A stretch of DNA of 56,555 nucleotides from Dehalococcoidia bacterium (GCA_011191985.1 DUEU01000062.1:1-56555); one strand, 5' to 3'; shown: positions 18,001 to 25,661, counted from the stretch's first letter. Notes: generated by a model not told the origin, from the sequence alone. Made by a program: numbers and translations.

Positions 18001-18203
18001 ATGGTAAATGTCTGTGAATAAGAGGCACGGACTCCCGCCTGCATATAGTTAAGAAAGGGGACAATAACCAGTCCGGCCACCATAGTGAAGATTAACACCC
18101 AGGGCAGAACGTAGCCCTGCTCATTTCTACCAACCGGCCAGAGACTGCGAAAACCCCGAAGAATATGACTAATCCTGTTATGACCCTTTTTACTACTTAA
18201 CAT
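15012..18203 (-). CDS. Large N-terminally anchored surface protein with a triple internal repeat, Ig-like middle repeats and a beta-rich C-terminal domain
   Basis: 1063 aa. A single hydrophobic segment, GYVLPWVLIFTMVAGLVIVPFLNYM, follows a basic N-terminus (PilX_N/TadG-like by eye). There are three copies of a module of about 65-74 aa at aa 92-160, 218-291 and 335-401. The composition is Thr/Asp/Gly-rich. GGGGGGAG lies upstream of the ATG. Confidence 0.8.
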   Translation of the reverse strand: MLSSKKGHNRISHILRGFRSLWPVGRNEQGYVLPWVLIFTMVAGLVIVPFLNYMQAGVRASYSQTFTMQEFYAADSGLEDALHKIKSDYSATTQLAADIDIHDTTLSVDSSAVFPERGVFQIGTELIYYSSKTDTEFTGCDRGYGSSHAASHDSGALVTVNLPESVDDTWEYGIENINGSDVGISIKNRWVLTGLETDTNGTEPNAALVVIGHMMDMTTTQLSGDIDEDDTTIPVASTVLFLPASADSPRVIRIEEELVQYTGVTATEFTGCTRGFDDTLAATHAAGRTVTANEVTYKTDMTYDNSHGVIKIDRVGAWLPSGFDYVPGSSNVATELDDPIFSAATSIPVASTLLFPDSGVLAIEDELIYYDSKDSDVFEDCIRGYDGTVAADHLTAGVPVSAEPTQTAHHGGTALTWDIPTPCPSFEELPRPSSIGGGSQPTDEFPIKRMVTFRFSPAAEPSGIFAWIRTTRNDIYLSWDTASRAYEVVSVATDQTMGTRTAVQGYINTSKLTGRVNQVFGDARAIGNSLIRGDPVRRDELHTQSNAFIDSSHGNAIPDGAEVEMAYLYWSGWRNTPWDVTGYTVADLGPMVNQVVFNGTPATADRVQALPNKASGGGNHGWSFSCFKNVTSMLQPEQSADITLSPSTALDSVTVRNTGGYDLDLRVTVLSGPAGGYVTFDGQTISVGDYDDFGIQGEAQLTSGDVAGDYVVRLEVTGSNDEGTVDGTVIDSYSWTVDPASIDITLSTVENPPEATVTKITTAATIDITNNTPNAPPGPQNNITIDGTTVAPGDTLEDIWYNSANPSDTISGAADDRSYEVNITCSDGMVKIEYGSTSVIIGEPGSQTTNGEYTLGLLDSNRFVTEADLGDEWSHAAWSLIVIYSHPDEDARQLFLYDDYTNVGNYADNFPAGYLEFDIGGFLAPADFDGVMTCFIGEGDPHYAANSHAPEGDYIELNGYKLPRTGSPYDDPYDDPDGLNPQDNVWNGISSVPGIEGSGSGEGIDIDAFWIEEPVINQGDTSATLKLDSGIDIWNIVYIFLAFRTDPVTLNTGSDVAIINFSS

Positions 18204-18299
18204 GCTCCCCCCGAAGACCGGGTCTTCTCAGTACTAAGGTACCAGTACATCTAGACTACTACCCTGCCAGTACTATATGTCTATATTTTCACTATGTAT

Positions 18300-18322
18300 A
18301 TCACCCAAATGGGTGATTTTTT
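18300..18322 (+). terminator. Orphan intrinsic-terminator-like hairpin plus T-tract in a divergent intergenic region
   Basis: ATCACCC-AAAT-GGGTGAT followed by TTTTT on the plus strand. No annotated plus-strand gene lies upstream. Confidence 0.4.
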
Positions 18323-18492
18323 GCCCTATGGCAAAGTATTTTCATCGTCGACATTTGCTTGCATATACAGAAATTGGTGGGGTATAATATTGTAGATTTT
18401 GTTATATTTTTATAGAATTAAGAAAGGCCAGACTTTATTTTTAACAGGGTAAAAAACGGCATATTACCCCGAATCTTTGTTAAAGACAATTT

Positions 18493-19164
18493 ATGAGGAA
18501 CATGACTTTGCCCCGAGAACCGTTAGTAAGCATAAGCGAAGCCAGCCACATCCTGGGGGTTAGCGAAGCAGCCCTACGCCAGTGGACGGACGAAGGTAAA
18601 ATAAATGCTTTCATTACCCCCGGTGGACACCGTCGCTACTCACGGGTAGAGCTGAGGAGATTTATCAGCTCGCATCACAAGGTGCTGGGCATTAAAGACC
18701 TGGTGGCCGGTCTCGAAGGCACGACGCACCGGCACCGGGAGATTGCCCGGATGTCACTGGGCCATACCACGTGGTACCACCAGATCGGCAAAGAATCGCA
18801 GTCCCAACTGGCCGCCTTAGGTCGGCACCTTCTCAAGCTAATCATTAGATATGTAAACGAGCCTTCGAAACGTACGGATATTTTAGAGATGATTATCGGC
18901 GTCGGCCGCGATTTTGGGACAGTCCTGGCCAAGCTGGGGCTGCCGCTTACTGATTCCGTCACGGCCTTTATACAGCACCGCAGTCCCATTATGGACGCGG
19001 CTACTCACCTGCTCAACAAAAGGGAGGCCGTTACCGGACAGGTCATGAGGGTAATACCCCTGGTGAACCAGGTTATGGACCGGGCCCTGGTTGCTCTGGT
19101 AGCAGCCCACCAGCAGTATCAGGACTCGCAGCATGAACACCGTAAGAGAGGCTTTATCGATTGA
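18493..19164 (+). CDS. MerR/excisionase-type HTH DNA-binding protein with an all-alpha, His-rich C-terminal domain of unknown function
   Basis: 223 aa. N-terminus ISEASHILGVSEAALRQWTDEGKINAFITPGGHRRYSRVELRRFI (HTH_17-like). Its stop codon overlaps the TTG start of the next gene (TTGA at 19161-19164). Confidence 0.7.
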   Translation: MRNMTLPREPLVSISEASHILGVSEAALRQWTDEGKINAFITPGGHRRYSRVELRRFISSHHKVLGIKDLVAGLEGTTHRHREIARMSLGHTTWYHQIGKESQSQLAALGRHLLKLIIRYVNEPSKRTDILEMIIGVGRDFGTVLAKLGLPLTDSVTAFIQHRSPIMDAATHLLNKREAVTGQVMRVIPLVNQVMDRALVALVAAHQQYQDSQHEHRKRGFID

Positions 19165-20345
19165 TTTCGGTTTCCCGTCTTCTATGCAATACTGTTAGTC
19201 CCGGCGACGGTCTTCGTTACGGGGTGGATAAACCGTACTCCCACGGTAATAATGAAATACATTCTGATATACCCCGGCCCGTTGTCGTCTGGAACTGCAC
19301 TAGGCGCTGCAATCTCAATTGCCTTCACTGCTACGCCAGTGCCGATAGCCAGGGTTCAGCCGGGGAAATGGATGCCGCTTCTGGGAAAGCGTTTATTCGC
19401 GATTTAGCCGACTTTGCGGTGCCGGTGATCCTATTTTCCGGCGGTGAACCCCTGCTGCGGGGTGACCTGTTTGAACTGGCCAATTTCGCCCGTGAGCAGG
19501 GAATAAGGGTAGCCCTCTCTACCAACGGCACCCTGATAGATGAGGCAGCAGCCAAGAGAATCCAGGATACCGGTTTTGCTGAGGTGGGGATAAGTCTGGA
19601 CGGCCTTGAAGATACCAATGACCACTTCAGGGGCAAAAGAGGCGCTTACCAGGCAGCGCTCACCGGTATCAGGAATTGTGTTGACCTGGGGCTGCGGGTC
19701 TCGCTGCGGCTGACCATAACCCGCTATAACTACCAGGAAATACCGGCTATTTTTCAACTGGTAGCCGATGAGGGCATCGAGCGGGTATGCTTCTATCACC
19801 TTGCCTATTCCGGCCGGGGTGGTAGATTGTATAAGGAAGACATAAGCCTATCTCAGACCAGATCAGTAGTGGATGTAATCTGCGAACACACCATAGACCT
19901 GTACCGGCGCGGTTTACCCAAGGAGGTGCTTACCGTAGCTAATCACGCCGACGGCGTTTATCTTTACCTTCAAACCAGGGAGCAGGATGCACGGCGCTCC
20001 GCCGAGGTGCTTGACCTGCTGCGGGCTAACGGCGGAAATAACTCGGGTATTAAAATAGGCGCCGTTGACGATGCCGGCAACGTCCACCCAGACCAGTTCT
20101 GGTGGCATTACACCCTAGGTAACGTCCGACAGCAGAAATTCGGTGATATCTGGACGAATACCTCAGAGCCGCTGCTCCAGGGGCTGAGAAAACGCCAGGA
20201 ACTGCTCAAAGGACGCTGTGCCCGCTGTCGCTATCTGGAACTATGTAATGGCAACCTGCGGGTTCGCGCCGAGGCCATCTACGGAGATGTCTGGGCCGAG
20301 GACCCGGCCTGCTATCTCAACGACGAGGAAATTGGTGTTGCCTGA
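19161..20345 (+). CDS. Radical SAM/SPASM enzyme of the NirJ/AhbC/AhbD family (NirJ-like N-terminus, tentatively AhbC-like)
   Basis: 394 aa with a TTG start. Motifs: VVVWNCTRRCNLNCLHCY (CxxxCxxC) and a C-terminal Cys cluster CARCRYLELCNG...ACYL. The N-terminus (M)ISVSRLL resembles the NirJ start as I recall it. Confidence 0.75.
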   Translation: MISVSRLLCNTVSPGDGLRYGVDKPYSHGNNEIHSDIPRPVVVWNCTRRCNLNCLHCYASADSQGSAGEMDAASGKAFIRDLADFAVPVILFSGGEPLLRGDLFELANFAREQGIRVALSTNGTLIDEAAAKRIQDTGFAEVGISLDGLEDTNDHFRGKRGAYQAALTGIRNCVDLGLRVSLRLTITRYNYQEIPAIFQLVADEGIERVCFYHLAYSGRGGRLYKEDISLSQTRSVVDVICEHTIDLYRRGLPKEVLTVANHADGVYLYLQTREQDARRSAEVLDLLRANGGNNSGIKIGAVDDAGNVHPDQFWWHYTLGNVRQQKFGDIWTNTSEPLLQGLRKRQELLKGRCARCRYLELCNGNLRVRAEAIYGDVWAEDPACYLNDEEIGVA

Positions 20346-21457
20346 TGAATACAGGATTTAAAACTGAGTCACAACACCAAGAGATAATCACCCCAAGGCT
20401 ACAACTCGTCGCCTGGGAGCTGACCCGGAACTGCAACCTGTTTTGTGAGCACTGCCGGGGTTCGTCAGGTCATGGCCAGTATCAGGACGAGCTGACCACA
20501 GAAGAATGCCGCCGCCTTATTGACCAAATTCTGGAAGTGGGCAAGCCCATCATCATCCTCACCGGCGGCGAACCCCTGCTGCGTGACGACATCGCCGAGA
20601 TTGGCCGCTATGCTGTGGATAAGGAGCTGACGGTGGTGATGGGCACCAACGGCACGCTTATTACCAAGGAGATGGCCGCCAGTCTAAAAAGGATCCCCGT
20701 TTCCCGCATCAGCATTAGCCTGGATTTTCCCCATGCCGAGCTTCAGGACAGATTTCGAGGCCAGGATGGCGCCTTTGCCGCAGCCATGGATGGTATTGCC
20801 AACGCCCGCGACGCCGGCATAGAGGTGCAGATTAACAGCACCGTCACCAGTCTTAATGTCGCCATGCTCGATGGGCTCATCAACCTAGCCATGGATATGG
20901 GGGCGGTGGCCTTTCATCCTTTCCTGTTGGTACCCACGGGGCGGGGCCGGGGGTTGAAATCGGTAGAGCTTTCCCCAGAGCAGTATGAGGCAACCCTCAA
21001 CTGGATATATGACCGGCAGCAGGAACTGGGCGACAGCTTGTTCTTCAAGCCTACTGATGCCCCCCACTACATGCGGATTGTCAAACAGCGACAGAAAACA
21101 GACAAGGTCGCCGAAGGCCCTCGGCCGAGCGGCCACCACCCGGGCGAGGCTATTACGCGCGGCTGCCTGGCCGGTACCGGTTTTGCCTTTATCTCCCACC
21201 AGGGGAAGGTCAAAGGCTGCGGCTACCTTGACGTGGTGGCCGGCGACGTGAGGCAGCAAAGCTTCGCCGAGATTTGGGCGAACTCACCGCTATTCCGGGA
21301 CCTCAGAAATCTGGCCAACCTGAAAGGGAAATGCGGTGTTTGTGAATATAAAAGGGTATGCGGCGGCTGCCGGGCCAGGGCATACGAAGCTACCGGGGAC
21401 TATCTTGAAGCCGAACCTTACTGTATTCATGTACCGGCCGTAAAAACGGGAGTATAA
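20345..21457 (+). CDS. Radical SAM/SPASM enzyme of the AhbC/AhbD (NirJ) family (tentatively AhbD-like heme synthase)
   Basis: 370 aa. Motifs: LVAWELTRNCNLFCEHCRG and C-terminal CGVCEYKRVCGGCRARAY...YCIH. Its ATG overlaps the preceding stop (TGATG). Confidence 0.75.
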   Translation: MNTGFKTESQHQEIITPRLQLVAWELTRNCNLFCEHCRGSSGHGQYQDELTTEECRRLIDQILEVGKPIIILTGGEPLLRDDIAEIGRYAVDKELTVVMGTNGTLITKEMAASLKRIPVSRISISLDFPHAELQDRFRGQDGAFAAAMDGIANARDAGIEVQINSTVTSLNVAMLDGLINLAMDMGAVAFHPFLLVPTGRGRGLKSVELSPEQYEATLNWIYDRQQELGDSLFFKPTDAPHYMRIVKQRQKTDKVAEGPRPSGHHPGEAITRGCLAGTGFAFISHQGKVKGCGYLDVVAGDVRQQSFAEIWANSPLFRDLRNLANLKGKCGVCEYKRVCGGCRARAYEATGDYLEAEPYCIHVPAVKTGV

Positions 21458-21466
21458 CCAGAGCCT

Positions 21467-22456
21467 ATGGATAAAACTATCCTTGACCATACCAGTCGAA
21501 AGCTCATCGGCCTTTTACAGACGGACTTCCCTTTAAGCCGGGAACCTTACTCCGAGCTGGGGACAAAGCTGGGTATCAATCACGAAGAGGTAATCCAGTA
21601 TATCAAGCTGCTGAGAAAGAGAAAGATAGTAAGGCAGATAAGCCCGGTTTTTGATGCCAGAAAGCTCGGCTACCAGCCCACACTGTTAGCCATGAGAGTG
21701 ACCGGGGATGCTTTAGAGAGGATGGAGCAGCTTATTATTGCTCACCCGGGCGTAAGTCACGCTTATGAACGGGACCACTACTTCAACCTGTGGTTTACCC
21801 TAGCGGCCCACCCCGGCACCGACCTGGAGAGAGCGCTTGAGCAATTAACCAGCTCCTTTGGGGTGGAGGCCAGAATTGCGCTGCCCGCGGTCAAAATATA
21901 TAAGATAGGTGCCTGCTTTACCATGGATGACGGCCATAAAAAAGCCGGGACCACGGTACAAACCGACAGCGCCCTTACCGGAAAGGCCAGGCTGTCCCAG
22001 GCAGATAGAGCGATAATCAACGAGCTCCAACAGGACCTGCCGCCGACTCGTACGCCCTTTTCGGCCATGGCGGCGCGGCTGGGCATGACCGAGAACCATT
22101 TTCTGGCCGGATGCCGTTCCCTTAAAAAGCGGGGCATCATGCGTCGTTATGGTGCCGCCGTAAACCACCGCAACGCCGGCTATAAAGCCAACGCCATGAC
22201 CTGCTGGGTAGCCCCAAAAGATAAAGTGGATGCCGCCGGTGGCAAGCTGGCTTCATTGCCACAGGTCAGTCATTGCTACGAAAGAAAGACCAACCCGCTA
22301 TGGAACTACAACCTCTTCGCCATGATTCACGGGCGCGCCAGGGAGGCGTGTCGTGAAATCGTGCGCACGGTATCAGCCGAGACCGGGCTCAGCGATTACG
22401 TCATACTCTTCAGTACCCGGGAAATTAAGAAGACTAGAGTCAAATATCAAGTATAA
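21467..22456 (+). CDS. Fused siroheme decarboxylase (AhbA/AhbB, NirDL/GH-like): two Lrp/AsnC-type modules
   Basis: 329 aa with two repeats of an HTH plus effector-like module: ...SRKLIGLLQTDFPLSREPYSELGTKLGINHEEVIQYIKLLRKRKIV... and ...DRAIINELQQDLPPTRTPFSAMAARLGMTENHFLAGCRSLKKRGIM... Confidence 0.75.
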   Translation: MDKTILDHTSRKLIGLLQTDFPLSREPYSELGTKLGINHEEVIQYIKLLRKRKIVRQISPVFDARKLGYQPTLLAMRVTGDALERMEQLIIAHPGVSHAYERDHYFNLWFTLAAHPGTDLERALEQLTSSFGVEARIALPAVKIYKIGACFTMDDGHKKAGTTVQTDSALTGKARLSQADRAIINELQQDLPPTRTPFSAMAARLGMTENHFLAGCRSLKKRGIMRRYGAAVNHRNAGYKANAMTCWVAPKDKVDAAGGKLASLPQVSHCYERKTNPLWNYNLFAMIHGRAREACREIVRTVSAETGLSDYVILFSTREIKKTRVKYQV

Positions 22457-22459
22457 AGA

Positions 22460-23731
22460 ATGAACATCTGTTTAGTCGGCATAAACCACCGCACGGCACC
22501 GGTGGCTATTCGGGAGAAGGCGGCCATCAGGACGGCCCAGCTTGATGACGCCCTGCAGTCGCTCCACCCTCGCCTCTCTCACGGAGTAATTCTCTCCACC
22601 TGCAACCGTACCGAGGTCTACTACACCACTGACGATGATAGCGATGCCAAGACGGTTATTCTTGGTTTTTTGCAGAATCTCCTGGATGTTTCCGACACTG
22701 TCCTGCGTAAGCACACCTATGTTTTAAATGGTGAAGCGTCCGTGGAACATCTTTTCCGTATTGCCAGCGGACTCGACTCCATGGTAACCGGCGAATATGA
22801 AGTCCTGGGCCAAGTGCGGCAGGCGCTGGAGATCGCCGAAAAGGCAAAAATGGTAAATCTACCCCTGCGTCACGTCTTCCAGAGTGCCGTGCGGACTGGA
22901 CGGCGAGTACGCAAGGAGACCGGTATCAGCAAGAACGCTTTCTCCACGAGCTCGGTTGCGGTAGACCTAGCAGCCAGTATTGTCACTTGTCTCGAGGGTT
23001 GCAAAATGCTCGTCGTCGGTACCGGTGAGGCCGGCAGACTGGTCGCCAAGGCGGCCAAAGACAGAGGGGTCTCTCACATAGCTGTGGCCAGCCGGTCGCG
23101 GGAAAGGGGCCTGAAGTTGACAAAAACGCTCGGTGGTATGCTGGTCAGCCTTAGCAATCTGGTGGCGGAACTTCATTCCTGTAACATTATTGTTACCTGC
23201 TCCAACGCCCCGCACTTTGTACTGGATGTTACTAAAGTAGATATGGCCATGCGGAAACGACCCGAACTTCCCCTGGTGATAATCGATATCGCCGTCCCCC
23301 GTAATGTGGAGCCAGCGGTAGGTCAAATTAACAATGTTTTTCTTTATAACATAGATGACCTCGCCAGCATTTCGGAACGTAACCGCTACCGTAGAAAGTC
23401 GGCAGTTCGGGAAGCCGAAAACATCATTGCGGCGGAGATGAACAAATTCAACTCCTGGTGGCAGGACTTCAAAATAAGGCCCCTGATAAGCGCTATTATG
23501 GACAAGGCAGAAAAGATAAGGCTCGCTCAGTTGAACCGTACCGTTAAAAAGATGCCTTCGCTATCCGACCGAGAACTATACAGCCTGGAAATGATGACCC
23601 GGGCAATCATTACCAAGATACTGAAAGACCCTATCCGGTTCCTCAAGGATAACCGGGACAGCGACTATGATTACACTGATATAGTAAAAGAGCTCTTTCA
23701 GTTGAGTAAAATAAAGCGTGACGATGAATAG
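22460..23731 (+). CDS. hemA: Glutamyl-tRNA reductase
   Basis: 423 aa. Motifs: MNICLVGINHRTAPVAIREK, active-site STCNRTEVY, NADPH fold MLVVGTGEAGRLVA. Confidence 0.9.
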   Translation: MNICLVGINHRTAPVAIREKAAIRTAQLDDALQSLHPRLSHGVILSTCNRTEVYYTTDDDSDAKTVILGFLQNLLDVSDTVLRKHTYVLNGEASVEHLFRIASGLDSMVTGEYEVLGQVRQALEIAEKAKMVNLPLRHVFQSAVRTGRRVRKETGISKNAFSTSSVAVDLAASIVTCLEGCKMLVVGTGEAGRLVAKAAKDRGVSHIAVASRSRERGLKLTKTLGGMLVSLSNLVAELHSCNIIVTCSNAPHFVLDVTKVDMAMRKRPELPLVIIDIAVPRNVEPAVGQINNVFLYNIDDLASISERNRYRRKSAVREAENIIAAEMNKFNSWWQDFKIRPLISAIMDKAEKIRLAQLNRTVKKMPSLSDRELYSLEMMTRAIITKILKDPIRFLKDNRDSDYDYTDIVKELFQLSKIKRDDE

Positions 23732-23889
23732 AAGAGCCACTGTTAATTCCTCGTTTAAAATGACAAATAGGCTAAAAATCACTTAAATCTGTAGGTCTGT
23801 AGGTGCGTAATGAGGTTACGCGGTACCAGTGAATGTCGGCATTTTGTCGGCACACTTCACTCGATAATTCAGATTAAGAGGTAAAAAAT

Positions 23890-24603
23890 ATGACTAAAAG
23901 AATACTCCCTAACTGTGCCCGGTGTCCAGTTGAGGCCTGTGTGCTCCCAATCAAGGTTAACGACGAACTGTCTATTGAAAAGGCCCCAAATTTTTGCCCC
24001 ATGAAAGTAATGCCTGACGTTATCGAAAGGGCTTTACTGGAATACGACAGGCCAGAGATAAAGGAGCTTGCCCGTCAGGCTTCAATCCAGGAGTTCGAAT
24101 GCTATGAACACCTGCCCGAAGGTATCAGAACCAAAAACCCCAGAATCCTGGAGTTAATCGAGTTCGCCCATAAATGTGGCTATAGCCGACTGGGTCTTGC
24201 CTTTTGCGGTGGTCTCAGCAACGAGGCCCGCTTACTTACCGACATACTGGAAAACAATGGGTTTGAGGTCGCTTCCATCATGTGCAAGGCAGGTGCTGTC
24301 CCCAAGGAGAGAATCGGGATAAGACCGGACGAGAAGATAGCCGGTCCTGAGCACTGGGAGACCATGTGTAACCCTATTATGCAGGCAGAAGTGCTAAACG
24401 CCGAAAAGGTCGACCTAGCAATCATGCTCGGCCTCTGTATCGGGCACGATACCCTGTTCATCAAATATTGCCGCGTCCCGATGACGGTGATAGCGGTGAA
24501 GGACAGGGTCACCGGACACAACCCGCTGGCGGCTCTCTATCTTGCCAACTCCCCATACTATGGAAGGCTTATGACCAGGACAAAGCAAGCATCCGGCCCA
24601 TAG
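23890..24603 (+). CDS. Cys-rich putative metal-binding protein, DUF1847-like
   Basis: 237 aa. Motifs: N-terminal CARCPVEAC, later LGLCIGHDTLFIKYCRVPMTVIAVKDRVTGHNPLAALY. The family was recognised from memory. AAGAGG SD upstream. Confidence 0.6.
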   Translation: MTKRILPNCARCPVEACVLPIKVNDELSIEKAPNFCPMKVMPDVIERALLEYDRPEIKELARQASIQEFECYEHLPEGIRTKNPRILELIEFAHKCGYSRLGLAFCGGLSNEARLLTDILENNGFEVASIMCKAGAVPKERIGIRPDEKIAGPEHWETMCNPIMQAEVLNAEKVDLAIMLGLCIGHDTLFIKYCRVPMTVIAVKDRVTGHNPLAALYLANSPYYGRLMTRTKQASGP

Positions 24604-24653
24604 TAGCCGCAAAGCTGGAATTGGCAAGAAATACAAGTCTGGAGAGAGGCGAT

Positions 24654-25661
24654 ATGATAACAGAAGAGAAACAAGTAATCGAAAGCCTGGAAGCAATACT
24701 GGTCCCGGCCGTAAAACGGAGCGTAAACGGACTGAATATGGTCCGTGACGTGATTATCTCTGACAAAAAAGTGAAAGTTTCCCTGGCTTCAACGGGGTTA
24801 ATCATTGAGGCACAGGAATGGATAAAGAGCAAGGCCATAGACGCTATTAAGACTTTACCTGATGTCAACGAGGTTGAGGTGGCGTTTACTGAGGCTAAGC
24901 CAACTGAACTTAATGAAGTTAGGCACACCATCGCCGTGATGAGCGGCAAAGGTGGCGTTGGTAAATCGCTGGTGGCCAGTCTGGCCGCCGTCTCGCTGAA
25001 ACGCCAGGGCTACGAAGTCGGCATTCTGGATGCCGATATCACTGGCCCGAGCATACCCAAAATGTTTGGTATCACGGCCCGTCCCGGCGGCAGCGAGAGC
25101 GGTATACTGCCCGTGTTATCAAGGTCAGGCATTGAGATTATGTCAATTAACCTGCTCCTGCCCGATGAGGCTGACGCCGTTATCTGGCGTGGGCCGCTCA
25201 TCGGCAAGACGATTACGCAGTTCTGGGAAGAGGTGCTCTGGGGAAAGCTTGACTACCTTATTATCGACCTGCCGCCGGGGACAGCCGATGCCCCTCTCAC
25301 CGTGATGCAGTCACTGCCCGTATCCGGGGTAGTCATCGTATTTACTCCCCAAGACCTCACCACTATGATTGTCAGGAAAGCGGTAAGCATGGCCAAAAAA
25401 TTGGACAAACCCGTTCTGGGGGTATTCGAGAATATGGCCTATCTATACGTACCGGAAATAGACAAGAGGCTAGAGCTCTTTGGCCCAAGCCGGGGGGAGA
25501 AAATGGCACAGTCGGCCGGTGCCCCGTTTCTGGGGCAGCTACCAATAGACCCGGAACTGGCCAGGCTCTGTGATGAGGGAAATGTTGAGCGTTACCAGGC
25601 CGATATTGTAAATAGCCTGGGCAAATCACTATCCAAGGTAATGGATGCCACAAAGGGCTAA
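24654..25661 (+). CDS. Mrp/NBP35/ApbC-family P-loop ATPase with an N-terminal DUF59-like domain, lacking the canonical CxxC cluster motif
   Basis: The start is set at the ATG at 24654, preceded by GGAGAGAGG. The ORF-track start at 24468 overlaps the previous gene. Motifs: deviant Walker A VMSGKGGVGKS, and ENMAYLYVPEIDKRLELFG where the family normally has ENMSxFxCPxCG. Confidence 0.8.
   Translation: MITEEKQVIESLEAILVPAVKRSVNGLNMVRDVIISDKKVKVSLASTGLIIEAQEWIKSKAIDAIKTLPDVNEVEVAFTEAKPTELNEVRHTIAVMSGKGGVGKSLVASLAAVSLKRQGYEVGILDADITGPSIPKMFGITARPGGSESGILPVLSRSGIEIMSINLLLPDEADAVIWRGPLIGKTITQFWEEVLWGKLDYLIIDLPPGTADAPLTVMQSLPVSGVVIVFTPQDLTTMIVRKAVSMAKKLDKPVLGVFENMAYLYVPEIDKRLELFGPSRGEKMAQSAGAPFLGQLPIDPELARLCDEGNVERYQADIVNSLGKSLSKVMDATKG

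Noticed and set aside
18206-18211. A homopolymeric C6/G6 tract between the hairpin and the start codon of the surface-protein gene, considered as a phase-variation switch.
   Set aside because: Six nucleotides is too short for efficient slipped-strand mispairing. The tract is more simply part of the GGGGGGAG Shine-Dalgarno sequence.
19161-22456. An interpretation of the NirJ/NirDLGH-like genes as a heme d1 (denitrification) cluster.
   Set aside because: There are no nirS, nirF, nirE or nirN genes in the window. Two NirJ-family paralogues plus a fused decarboxylase next to hemA fit the Ahb heme b route better. This is still to be confirmed by phylogeny.
24468-24653. The 62-aa N-terminal extension of the Mrp-like ORF given in the ORF track.
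   Set aside because: The extension overlaps the end of the DUF1847-like gene in another frame and is Gly/Pro/Arg-rich. The ATG at 24654 has a GGAGAGAGG SD and gives the family-typical DUF59-like N-terminus.
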